Shown here piece after piece: positions 28,190 through 40,620 of a DNA stretch of 64,000 nucleotides; within the stretch, counting starts at the first letter, position 1; each line of letters starts with the position of its first letter. This DNA is from Octopus vulgaris (Eukaryota). The notes beneath the pieces were generated by a model, which worked only from the letters and a program-made list of their open reading frames with translations, was not told where the DNA came from and ran no database searches. Position numbers and translations under genes: made by a program. The stretch covers positions 43,214,001 through 43,278,000 of the forward strand of contig OX597820.1 of assembly GCA_951406725.2 (NCBI GenBank), in the 5' to 3' direction.

Positions 28190-28426
28190 TATTTACATTA
28201 TTTATGTTTGACGGATATTTGTCCTCATCTTGTTTGTTGTTAACATAACCTTTCGTCTGATATACACACCAGCTTTCATCATGTGTCTTGGGGAAATTTG
28301 GAACCTGGTCTCTCATTCCTAAGGTTTTTTCATGTTGTTATTATTATTATTAATAAGGTCACTGCCTGGAATCGAACTTGGAATCTTGAGGTTAGTAGAC
28401 CACACTCTTAACCACAACGCCATATG
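28190..28426 (-). mobile_element. tRNA-headed SINE with HHR-like tail (family D), left inverted copy
   Basis: Reverse complement of 28435-28760. Confidence 0.8.
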
Positions 28427-28431
28427 AAGAC

Positions 28432-28522
28432 GGGCATATGGCGTAGTGGTTAAGAGCGCGGGCTACTAACCCCAAGATTCCGCATTCGATTCCAGGTAGT
28501 GACCTTCATGATGATAATAATG

Positions 28523-28586
<64 letters not shown>

Positions 28587-28805
28587 CAACAACAACAACA
28601 ACAACAACATAAAAAAACTTTAGGAATGAAAACCCAGGTTCAAAATTTCCCCAAGACACCTAATGGATGCTGGAGGGTAAATCAGCCGAAACGTTATGTT
28701 AGCAACAAACAAGAGCAGGACAAATATCCGTCAAATATAAATAATATAAATAATGTAAATAATGTAAATAATGAACATAATTCCTCAACCCTTAAATATA
28801 GAACT
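28432..28805 (+). mobile_element. tRNA-headed SINE with internal (AAT)n and HHR-like tail (family D)
   Basis: A box tggcgtagtgg, B box ttcgattcc, (AAT)n, then gacac-ctaatgga-tgctg..cagcc-gaaacgtt-atgtt and (aaataatgt)n. Confidence 0.8.
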
Positions 28806-28896
28806 CTTATACAAACACAAAACAATGTACATGATAACACTTCCAGTCTGTTATGGTCTGAAGCTATGAGAGCCACTAGCTGCTACTGCATCTGGG

Positions 28897-28978
<82 letters not shown>

Positions 28979-29295
28979 CATCATCATCATCATCATCATT
29001 TATTTATTTATTTATTATTATCCTTTTTTCGACATGTGTTATAACTCAGTCATTAAATTCCAAATCGCTATGAAATTTCTGAGTAACTAAAATCTCCGCA
29101 CTTGCTGCAACATAGGTCATTTGCTTCGACAAATATAGTAATCAATTGATTGAGTCTCATGAATTCATTAATCAAACACTAAGACAAATCATTTTGCATA
29201 TGCCATGTACACACACACAAACACATATATATAAGAGAGAGACATGCATTATATATGTGTGTATGTGTTGTATATCTGCATGTTTTATACACACA

Positions 29296-29354
<59 letters not shown>

Positions 29355-29355
29355 G

Positions 29356-29450
<95 letters not shown>

Positions 29451-30810
29451 TTACATACATACACATATAAAATCGATTCCTTTTCCTAAAAGAAAGAATG
29501 TGATTGATTAGAACAAAATATCACTGTAATACGTTTGTATGATAAGAGAACGCATGCAAACAGTTCTAATGTGTATAATTATTTATTGAACAAATAGCAC
29601 CAAAGCATTTTTTTTTAAATTGCAGACATTTAATATTGATATCAGTTAACGAATAAATTTCTGATGCTTGACGCTGTTGATATTGGACGAGTATGTGTTT
29701 GAATGCTCCTTTTTTTTTTTCTTTTTCGTATTCCTCAGCCTTTCTGACATGGTAGTGCAACAAAGGTAACGAGTACCCTATCAGATATCTCTAATACATA
29801 TATCCAACTTTTCAACTGACGACGCATGATCCAAGATAACAACTTTCCCAAACAACGAACCTTTAACTGTACCATGTGTTAAGAAGTAGCATTTAGACAT
29901 TTTTTTAACGAATCTAGTTGAAGTTATTTTTTTCTATTTAGTGGGGTGTTTTTTGTACTATTTCGTTTTCGCTTAGATTAAAATAAATTTTCAGAGAAAA
30001 AAATATTTTAAATGAGAGATCACTAAAGACGTAATAGAATAAATAAAAATAAACGCTACATCACGAAAAATGTGATGGGAAGCTGTGCTATTTTCGATTT
30101 TGTTTTTCTTTAATTCGATGTTCTTTTTATTGTTGATACTTGATGTTTTATATTGAATTGTATTTTATGAAAACCGGCTATGGATTTAGCTTTAGTTTGA
30201 TCAGTGTTAGAAGTTCCCAGTGAATGATGTGGCAGGAATTACCAAGAAGAGAGGCGTGTGTGCATTCGTCTCTGGAGCTCTGTGTAATGCTTAACAATTC
30301 TTGCAAATATCTGGGGATGGGGTAAAGAAATTACGAACACATTTCTCTTTCATGCTCTCACTTTTCTCCACTCCTTGGTCTTCTCTCATCTTTACCCACT
30401 CATTCTTCTTATCTCCCAACTTTCTCTCCCCTCACTATGGTTCTCATCAATATCTCCCAATCACTGTCATACTTGAAATGGTGAGAGAGTCTTAAATGGA
30501 AAAGTGATGTGACGTAAGTAGATACACGCTGATAGAGGCGGATTAATAGATAGAGTAAGAGCTGAAGAGATGGCAATAGAGAAAGCGAAGCAGAACTGAA
30601 AAGTAAGAGAGGGTGAAGGATGTGAAGTGAGAGAAAATGAGATGAAATCTTACTTAGAGACTCCAAACAGCGAGAACGAAAATATATTACCGAAAATAAC
30701 TATTCTGTTTGTCAACGCAATAATTACATGTACTTGGCAGAGTAAGAATATGATGCAGGAGTAAAATAGTATGCGTGTGTGTTTGTTTGTGTGCGTGCAT
30801 GTATGTGTGT

Positions 30811-30878
<68 letters not shown>

Positions 30879-31130
30879 AAGTGAAGCATGTAAATGATTG
30901 ATTCTCCCAGAAATTCGTTGCATAATAAGTCCCGGTTTGATTTTGTTATGTTACCTCGGTCGCGTCAAACCATGCGATGTAAGTAAACGACATTCGGTTC
31001 TATGAAAGTTTATGGAATCTTATCGGGTGACTTATGTTTGTAATCAAGACACTCGTGTTACACATTATCGCATCGATTCCGCTTCATAATTACAGTTAGA
31101 GTACAATTCTTAATCGAATATTCAAGTACA

Positions 31131-31335
31131 TACGAGAAGGTGCTGAAAAATTCCTGGCTTTAAGGGTATTGCGAAAGACCTTGTTGGAGGCCCAACCTTC
31201 CGGGTTCTTTTACAGGCCTTACAAACCTCTGCAATAAGGGCGTGAACCTGAGAGGTGAGTATGCTGAATTAAATTTATAGTCAACTGATCCTCTTGTATT
31301 TTATTTTACCCAAAACCTTCCGGCACCCTTTCATA
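31131..31335 (+). mobile_element. Mariner-derived MITE
   Basis: TA-bounded imperfect TIRs (tacgagaaggtgctgaaaa / ccttccggcaccctttcata). Retains a transposase C-terminal-like VNLRGEYAE. Confidence 0.65.
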
Positions 31336-33884
31336 CATGGCAATTCATTGAGTAGATATTTCGATGGCCCGGAACCAATGGACGTCTATTTACGCCCGTG
31401 TATTTGTGAGTGTGTGTGTGTGTGTATGGGTGTCTGTGTGTGTAAGTGCATGTGTGTGTCTGTTTGTGTCTGTGTGTGCGTGCGTGCGTATACGCAGTTG
31501 GTCACGCAGTTGGGGACACGCATTCGTAAATTCAAATATAATTTTAGAATGAGCCAACTGAAAGACAAAAATATAAATGGTTTTACCAAAATTTGTATTG
31601 ATATTACACACTCTGGACACAGGTACTTATTAACATTCACATATACGCACTTGCATGCACGCACACAAACAAGCATGTATGTACACATAGACACACATAT
31701 ACACTCGTATGTATATTTGTTTGAACCTGATGATTCACATCCTTCGTTACTCGCAGTTTTTCGCGAACCCAGTCTTGCGAAAAATCCAGTAGTGACGGAA
31801 TGAAGCATGAGATAATAACGAATAAACACGTGACTGTACGCATACACTGAATGCTACCAAAGCACACAGGCACACAGACTGAACGACACACATACATACA
31901 CACATATATACAAGTATACACATGTCAGATGGTGTGGTGTATGTGAGAGTTTAAAGAGAGAGATATATGTGACTAAGCGGGAAAGAAGATAACGACAGAG
32001 AGAGAGAGAGAGAGAGAATGGAAAGGAAGGGGAGGCAGACAGAAACAGAATATGTTATTCAGTACCGCGTAGAGGAAATGACAAAGAAAACGATGAAAAC
32101 TGAATAAATGTTGAGAAATTTTGAAGAAAAGAGTGAGAAGGAAAGAGAAAGATTGCGAAAGATATAATGTAGTTGGAGATAAAGGGTTAGAAAGAGAAAC
32201 AGGGAGAAAAGGAGGGAGACGGAGATATGTAGACCAGCAGAAAGACAGACATGTAGAGAGAGGAGAGTGGAGACACTGAGGGACATAGTGAAAGAAAAGT
32301 ATGTGTGTTAAAGAGAGAGAGAGAGAGAGAGGAGGACTGTGTTTGCATGTGTGCGTGTGTGCATGTCTGCGAATGTATGTGTGTATGTGTGTGTAGAAGC
32401 GAAAGAGAGTGGGAGAGAGATAGAGATAGAGAGAGAGGGTGTGAGAGAGAGAGGGTGTGAGAGAGAGAGAGATGAGACAAGAAAACGCGGTGCAATTTAC
32501 AAAAGCGGATGGAAGGAAAACGAAAATCTCTAATGACGATATTTAATGATAACAGCCATTAGACAGAGGCTCAGATGAAATTGATAATGTTTTTACTGAC
32601 GTAACTAAAATGCTGGAATTTAGGTTTGGGTCGATAGTAATAATGTTGACAGAGAGAATCAGTTGATGCAGGTGTAGAACGACTATTACTTCACTTCCTG
32701 CTCACTCCTAAAGCCTGTTCTTCTTATCTCCCGTGTTAAGCTTCCCTTGAAGAAAACGGAAGTTAAATCGCTTGATGAAATATGAAGGATGTTGAGATTT
32801 TTCAATTTTCTGATGTATTTTAGATATTTTGAATAGATAACAGCAAATTCTGTTGCAAAGGTTTCATTTTCAAGATGGTGTGGTGAACATAAAATATGAC
32901 GTGTTTTTATGATTCGATGCGAATGTGAATGTAAAAGTGAAAGTGAATATGTTTGTGCGTGTGCGTGTGTGTGTGTCTGTGTATGTGTGCGTGTGTGTGG
33001 ATTCTTGTGTTTGAGTATGTATTCTTGGGTAAGTGTGCGCTGTGTTTGCCTGTACGTACGTTGTTATATTTAAATGTGTATAAATGAGACAGAAATTTTG
33101 TTTTAGAAAATCACTGAGAATGAGAGAGTGGGAGATAATGTGTTAGAGATCGAAAGATACAAGTTATATTAAAATAAGTAGAGAAGAAAGAATAAGTAGA
33201 GTAGAGAGTGGGTGGGGAGAAGAACTCAAATGAACATTGACTAAGTGAAAGTGCGCTGAATTGTGGGTAATGTAACATGGTAGAAGAGAATCATTTGTGA
33301 AGAAGAAAACCAGACGACACAAATGTGTTCAGAGCAAATTGTAAGGCTGTAAGTTTGAGAGCCATGGAGGTTTCGAGGAAGTGAAAAGTTCTGAAAAAAA
33401 TTGAAGAATGAAGGAAGTTGGTAATGGGAGAAAGGACGCTATAGAGCTATAGAACGCGAGTGACAGACGGAGGGACGAAAACAAAGGAATTCATAGGAGG
33501 AAAAAAAAATTAAAATACATAGAGAAAATTAAAGGAGAATGGAAATAAATATATTGATAGTATTTGGAAGAGAGTAAAAACGTACAAAATTGAAAAATTA
33601 AAAGAACGATTAGAATGAAGAAAAGAATGAAGAAAGACCTGGTTGAACGGAGGAGGCCATCAAAATAATATGGATTTACTAGTAACATGTAATAGCGTTT
33701 AATGTAGTTTTGACCAACAAATATGGCACAAATATTTTGACGCTAATACTTTTTAAAGCAAAATAAAAATCTTTAGGGTTCATAAAACTGATATTTACCT
33801 AATGTCCTATCTCCTACATTCACAGAGCCAGAAGTCGATTAAGTGTACAATAAAAGGCATTCATTTGTATGACAGAGGTGCATT

Positions 33885-34295
33885 GTCTGTTTGATATTTG
33901 TCCTCTCTGTGTTTAGCCCTTTGTGGGTAGTAAAGAAATATGTATTTCGTCTGCTGTTATGTTCTGAGTTCAAATTCTGCCAAGGTCGACTTTGCCTTTT
34001 ATCCTTTTGGGGGTCGATTAAATAAGTACCAGTTACGCACTGGGGTCGATATAATCGACTTAATCCGTTGGTCTGTCCTTCTTTGTCCTCTGTGTTTAGC
34101 CCCTTGTGGGTAGTAAAAAGATAGGTATTTCGTCTGTCTTTATGTTCTGATTTCAAATTTCGCCTAGGTCGACTTTGCCTTTCATCCTTTCAGGGCCGAT
34201 ACATTAAGTACCAGTTACGTGCTGGGGTCGATCTAATCGACTGGCCCCATCACCCAAAATTTCTGGCTGTGAGCCTTGAGTAGAAAAATATATTT
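33885..34295 (+). mobile_element. SINE family B, partial tandem array (~180-bp period)
   Basis: Repeated gtgtttagccc.ttgtgggtagtaaa..tatttcgtctg..gttctga.ttcaaatt..ggtcgactttgccttt.atccttt..taagtaccagttacg..ctggggtcgat. Confidence 0.8.
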
Positions 34296-35183
34296 TATTT
34301 ATCTGTTACAAATTTAGAATTGTGTTTACTAATCGTGTCATATTGCGATGCGTGAGTTTTGACCTTTCATAAATGGCTGAATAAGAAATAAATCGAATGG
34401 TGCATTTTCCCCTTCTATATACAAATACTGTATCTACTCGAGAGAAAGCATGTTTAAAATATATGATAATTCTCAGAACCTATTTTACGATCTCACTCAT
34501 TTTTTAATCAGTTACCCTACGTTAAAATGATATTTTCTATGCGAAGTTTTGACGTAGGAGATTTTCGATTGGCACAAAATCTAAGGAAGTGTAAGGAGTT
34601 TTTTTCATAATTTTACTATTCATTCATTTATTTATTTAATCATAGTATGGAGCTTGTTTTATGCAGCAGGTCCTTCATGAAATTTTCTCCAAACAGTAAA
34701 ATTTCCTTAAGCATCAAGATGATAAATCAAAGTTAATGCAGCAGTAACATACGGTTGCAAAAATCAAGGCATTTGATTATGTCCCCAAAATTTGCTTTAC
34801 GAAATAGATTGCTGGAAAGATACCAATTTTCCGTTACCCTGTGCATATAGACCCTATTCCTATGAAATGTATATAAATATAGCAATCGAGATTATAGAGA
34901 GATGAAATAAAATATAATATGGTAAATTTTTCTGAATAGATTTTCTCAACATCATAATAGTTATTGATTAAATTTTGTTTGGAAATCAAAAGGGAAAAAC
35001 AAACTGACAAATAATTTATTTATCGCGGATATGTATTATCAAACATAAGGTCCAAACCTTCTAGATTACAGTAAAGACTATTCAAAATATGAAATGGAAA
35101 TCTTTGGGTTGGATCTTCGTGTTCCCACTATTGACATGGTGACTGAGCCCTGTACCTCAGTTCAATAAATGTAGGTATAATCT

Positions 35184-35307
35184 AGTTCTATATTTAAGAG
35201 ATTAGGAATTATGTACATCATTTATATTATTTACATTTGAGGTATGTTTGTCCTCATCTTGTTTGTTGTTCGCCATATGTCCACTGGCATATGGCAACAA
35301 CAACAAC

Positions 35308-35396
<89 letters not shown>

Positions 35397-35437
35397 CAAC
35401 AACAACAATAATAATGATTATAATAATAATAATAATG

Positions 35438-35491
<54 letters not shown>

Positions 35492-35962
35492 TTAATAATA
35501 ATAATAAAAACATGCCTCCTCGTTGATATGACTGTCCCATTCGATATAAACGTATCTGTCAAGACCTACCAAAAACTGAGCAAATATAAAGATCTGGAAA
35601 TAGAAATCAGCAAAATATGGAACATGAAGACTAAAACAATACTTGTTGTCACAGGTGCCCTGGGAGTGATAGCAAAAGGGGCTGATTGCTACCTAACTCA
35701 GATACCAGGAAACCCCAAAATGGCAGTAATTCAAAAGGAACTGCTCATATCCTACGCAACATACTTTCTTTGTAATCTAAAGTTTTAAAACAAACATAAT
35801 TTTCGTATGGTTTTTTAGGGATTCACTAGTACAAAACCAAATATATGGCACCCTAGGCATAACATCAACATGAAATTCTAACTTGTTGTCTCTTGAGGTC
35901 TCTGGGTGAGACTTGGAGCCAGTTTGTGCAAATGTAAAGCAAGAGTCAAACATAGAATAATG

Positions 35963-36017
<55 letters not shown>

Positions 36018-36145
36018 CAACAACAACAACAACATAGAAAAATACCCAGGTTCGAAATTTCCCCAAGACACCTGATGAAGGCTGGAGGGTACAACACATA
36101 AGTTGTCAAATGTAAATAATGTAAATAATGTAGGTATAATTCGTG
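35184..36145. mobile_element. Deleted head-to-head dimer of family D with a nested Dong fragment
   Basis: Inverted tail 35184-35270, junction gccatatg-N8-catatggc 35272-35295, direct tail 36030-36145 with cctgatgaaggctgg. Confidence 0.7.
35507..35956 (+). mobile_element. R4/Dong-like 3' fragment (subfamily B)
   Basis: KTCLLVDMTVPFDINVSVKTYQKLSKYKDLEIEI..GALG plus 3' UTR, with (TAA)n on both sides. Homologous to 50352-51830. Confidence 0.85.
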
Positions 36146-37448
36146 AATACGAATAGCATATTGCACTTCGGATCATTCAGTCTATAACACACTCAACTAT
36201 ATTAATTTCATAATAGTAAAACAATTATAGATAATATAACTGAAATAGATCGCTTACATAATTACCATTCTATATGATTTTACATTATATTCTTCCGTTT
36301 CCTTTTCATCTTTACTTTGATTCTTCACACCTGATACTAAAATCTTGTTTAACTAAAACAAATCTACTGAAAGTGGCCAAGATAAGCTAGGTCTTAATAG
36401 CATATGATTTTAGTGTTGAGCAATGCACAGATCAGCATACAGACATACATTTTGTTTAATTAAAATTAAATCTTTACAATGTTGATAAGAGAATTACTGT
36501 AAATGTGTAGATCATTTATAGATGAAACCATCATCTCTCCTAAATGTATTTGTCCTAGTATTTGGGAATCGCGAGAAAATAAAATTGACCCGTGTTCGAT
36601 AATAAATTGGAAACTTCATATCTCATACACAACTAATGCACTTCAGTACAAAGTCTCTTCTGAAAAAAATTCAGAATTCATGACTGAGGACAAAAAAAAT
36701 AATAATAATAATAATAAACAAAATGATGCCATGATGACTGTCTGTCACCGTGGAAAAAAATCTGGAATCATTTGACAGTCTGCCTACGGCTTAAAAAGCA
36801 TATCACGAATGGTGAGACACACTTCGTTAAAAAAAAATAATGCTGTCAACTCATAACGGAAATTATTTAAAAGATTATCTCCTTTCTTATTCGTACTCTC
36901 TCGCTCTCTAATACACCACTGACTTCTTCATGTCATTACATTTCTCACTCCATTTCCCAACATCTTCATATTTTTTTTATCAATATAGAAACAGTATTCC
37001 TGAACATGATTGATTTTATTGGATTTGACAAGAAAGAAGATGCAACGATAGATGGCAGCAAAAGAGTAAAAAACAGTAAATATCATGCACAATTTTTAAA
37101 GCACAATTTGTATTTTAAAAAAATTCATAAAAAGTACAATTGTGTGTCAGAACATTAATAAAGTGATCCGATTCCGGGAAATCGTGAAAGTTCAGATCAG
37201 AAACAGAAGGACAGTTTCAAGCCTGAGCTTCGTGCGTTTTTCTTCTCTAATTTCCTATACAGTTCCTTGTGTGAGTACACCAATACCTTCACGCATAGTT
37301 TTTCATGCGGTTAGATATCAGTTTTTCCTATTTTTCATGTTATATATATATATATATACATATACGTATATTTTTATAAAGTGTATATATATCCTACATA
37401 TTCTACTTATTCAATACATACACATACACACAATCACACACTCACACG

Positions 37449-37511
<63 letters not shown>

Positions 37512-37596
37512 ATGTGTGTGTGTGTGTGTGACAGCGTATGTGTGTGTGCGTGTGTAAACATATAAATAGACACACACATATAAACATACACATATG

Positions 37597-37666
<70 letters not shown>

Positions 37667-37667
37667 A

Positions 37668-38027
37668 GTTTAGTAAAATTTAGATTCAGATGAATATGGT
37701 CCTCAAGTTAAAGGCACCAGAATTTAGTATGGTATTATCCATATATGTTATAATAACGTGATTATAATCAAAATAAGCAACAAGCATATCCAGAGGTAAC
37801 GAGTACGGTCGTTTCATGCGATTCCATTTATCTTCTTGGTGATTTGGGATAAAAAGAAAATTATACAAATGAGTCCTTCGAGTTTAACTAAATTCTATAT
37901 TTTTATGCAACTGAAGATTGCTCTACATTTCAAATTGATGTAATGTTTGCATTGTTCAATTAAATGGAATCGAATGAAACGATCGTACTGCATTACCTCT
38001 GGAGATATCCTTGTTGGTTATTTTGAT
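37668..38027. repeat. Short PLE-terminal-like repeat (family E): minus copy plus inverted partial copy with a long-loop HHR motif
   Basis: 37668-37830 is homologous to 41439-41600. 37895-38027 is its inverted counterpart containing ctgaaga...gaaacgatcgta. Confidence 0.6.
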
Positions 38028-38190
38028 TCGTCCGATCACCGAAGTTAAGCAACATCGATCCTAGTTAGTACTTAGATGGGTGACCGCTTGGGAAACCTAG
38101 GTGCTGTAAGCATTCCATTTCTTAAATGGTGGTGCCCCAGCATGGCCACAGCTCATTAGCTGAAACTGAAAAAATCAAAATCAAATCAAT
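38028..38190 (+). mobile_element. 5S-rRNA-derived SINE-like insert (5'-truncated 5S body plus LINE-type tail)
   Basis: 38028-38114 tcgtccgatcaccgaagttaagc..ctagttagtacttagatgggtgaccgcttgggaa..ggtgctgtaagc matches roughly the 3' two-thirds of 5S rRNA. It is followed by ggtggtgccccagcatggccacagc..gctgaaact and (aaatc)n. Confidence 0.8.
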
Positions 38191-38938
38191 ATATATATAG
38201 TGTTCAGCTTAGAAGCGATGGAATATTCGGCTTCAGTCAAATGTAGCAGTCTATTCCAGATTCTTGCTAGAAATGATAACTTTGATCCGGCATCAAATAA
38301 TATACGTTTTAATATTGAACAAAAATGATATTTTGATAGCGTTTAATACGTCGTTTTCATATCAATGTATAATATATGATAAGTATTTTATATCTTGCGT
38401 TCAGTTAATAAATGTTAAAATATAAACCACGTGGTTGAATTTATTCTAAAGCCCAACCTTGTATTGGTAAGGAATCCCCATCACCCCGAAACCCTCGAAT
38501 GTTATTGGCTGATAGAAAAAAAATCGTAAAATATAGCGTCAATTATGCAGAAATTAGGATTTGTTTCAAGAATGTTATCAGAGAAAAATATTTAGCCTTA
38601 AAAGAACTAATTTTATGAAACTTATATCTTAATTTCATTGACTGCATCTGTTATCACTAACTGCTCACCATTCATTATATTTCTTAATTTTTAACACTAT
38701 TGGAAATACTACCTCGTCTTACTTTATATTATTTCTACCAACATTGAATGCTATTTTATTTTATATAATAGTCCCCTACTGATTAATTTTATTTTATTTT
38801 ACTTTATTTTACTTTTTGCAACACGTCTTTGATCACAGGATATCGATCGACTTCAAAAGCTAAATAGCATTAACTCCTCAGTCAGTTCCATTTACCAGAA
38901 CCAATATTAAATCCCTTTATATATATATATATAGATAG

Positions 38939-38989
<51 letters not shown>

Positions 38990-39004
38990 CATACAAACAC
39001 ACAT

Positions 39005-39500
39005 TACGAGGGGTATTTAGTCACGTTTAATTATCAGTATATTGCTCTCTTTAATCTGAGAAATTTTTCTGCATTTCTTTGAGATGCCTTATGACAGAAA
39101 AGAAATTATAAAACGAGAAATGTAAAAGAAACATGCACTCATTGTTACGGCGATTTAGGTATTGCACACTTTCCAACGGTTGCGAGATAACATTTGAAAA
39201 CCTTCAACCACAAATCAACAGTGTTATTCGTCTGTGTTCAAAACATTACCCATGGTCAATCTGGAAAATCAATGAAGGCAATCACCAAAGATAGACAGGT
39301 GTCAGAGTGGACTATCAGTACTGTAGTGGGCTGAATCATACGATATTAGTCGTATACACCGAGGACCACCAAAGTAGTCTGCAACAAAACAAGAAAACCG
39401 TTTCGTCCTAGCCACACTGTTACTCAATAAGGCTAAAACTCTCACGAACAAGATTTTGTTCTTTCACGATGAAAATCATTTTCACTAAACCCTAAGGTCT
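39005..39500 (+). mobile_element. Degenerate Tc1/mariner (maT-like) remnant
   Basis: Starts tacgaggggt. Peptides GKSMKAITK, VSEWTISTVV, RY*SY and FFHDENHF (FSDEK-like). Confidence 0.5.
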
Positions 39501-39519
39501 AACATGAGAAATGAGATAT

Positions 39520-40620
39520 GATCATGTGTGAATCCCTTAAAGTGGCTATTATTATAGGCGGTAGAATACAAGTGAAAATACTTTTAATGACCAATTTTGT
39601 TATTGAACACCATAAGTTGTATAACCTCTCTGAAAGATCTCAAAAAATATACCACTGTGCAGAAAAAAATGTATCACCGTTGTCGCCTTTGCCCACAACT
39701 AAATCTCTGTGGAAAGCCGGATTTGAAATTTCACCAAAAGTATTGCCTAACAGAAATAGGACTGACAACGCCCGTCCTCGTTGACTTGTTAAACGCATTG
39801 ATGAGTTACTTTTGCATGGTCAGTTTTGGAAAGTCACTTAAGATGCATGTGGATCAAAACCCTGGGATCTTATGAGAAAAGAGACAGTGATCCATATTAT
39901 TGCATCTCAAGATCAAGCGCTGCAAACAAACACTTTTGAGAAAATATGTTTATGAGGGAGAAGATATCGGGAAAATGTAGAGTATGTGGGATTTGGGATG
40001 GAATAAGGGCACACATTGCTGCAGAATCCCCTAGAAGGTCCAAGGAGTATATAAGAAACGGCGGTATCATTAAATTCTGAAGGTTGTATACAATACTGGA
40101 TGCTATTTTGTATGAAATGGTGGTTTGAAGAAGGAAGTACATGGTACAATCACCGGGTAGAATGAGTCAGTCAGTCGGAAGCATTGGAGAGTTTGGGGAA
40201 TTTTCCAATTCAAATGGATAAGAAAATAAATAATAAAAAGCCAGATATGAAAATGATAGAGAAAAAGAATCAAATTTACTTACCGATTAATCTATCATGT
40301 TCATCCGATTCCACAACTGTGAAAGAAAAAAATGAAAAGTTGAGAAATTATAACCCCTTAAAATTTAGGATTTGAAACATGAAATCTATGAATTTGTGTC
40401 TGAGACAATTGGTGCATTAGGGACAATGAAGGATGACATACATAGATACATGTATAAAGGATCCGGTAGAGCTCCAGCAGATCGTTTACCTCTTAAGAAC
40501 AAGAAATATAATCAGAAGGGTTTTCACATGTGGGTGTCTAAGTTCACATTTAGTAACCTGCTCACCACGTAAATCCTACCAGGAATAAGACCAGTCCTGT
40601 GTCAAGATGATAATTATGGG
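39520..40620 (+). mobile_element. Old R4/Dong-like fragment
   Basis: LHGQFW, KETVIHIIASQDQALQTN, KCRVCG..HIAAE, NFPIQMDKKINNKKPDM, EKNEKLRNY, IGALG. Confidence 0.75.

Noticed and set aside
28432-28505. tRNA gene
   Set aside because: Acceptor and T stems are imperfect and it is part of a repeated SINE-like unit.
38028-38114. Functional 5S rRNA gene
   Set aside because: The first ~34 nt are missing, there is no oligo-T terminator, and it is fused to a retroposon tail.
39760-39784. DNARP peptide resembling the mariner HDNARPH motif
   Set aside because: It is short and embedded in Dong-like sequence; insufficient on its own.
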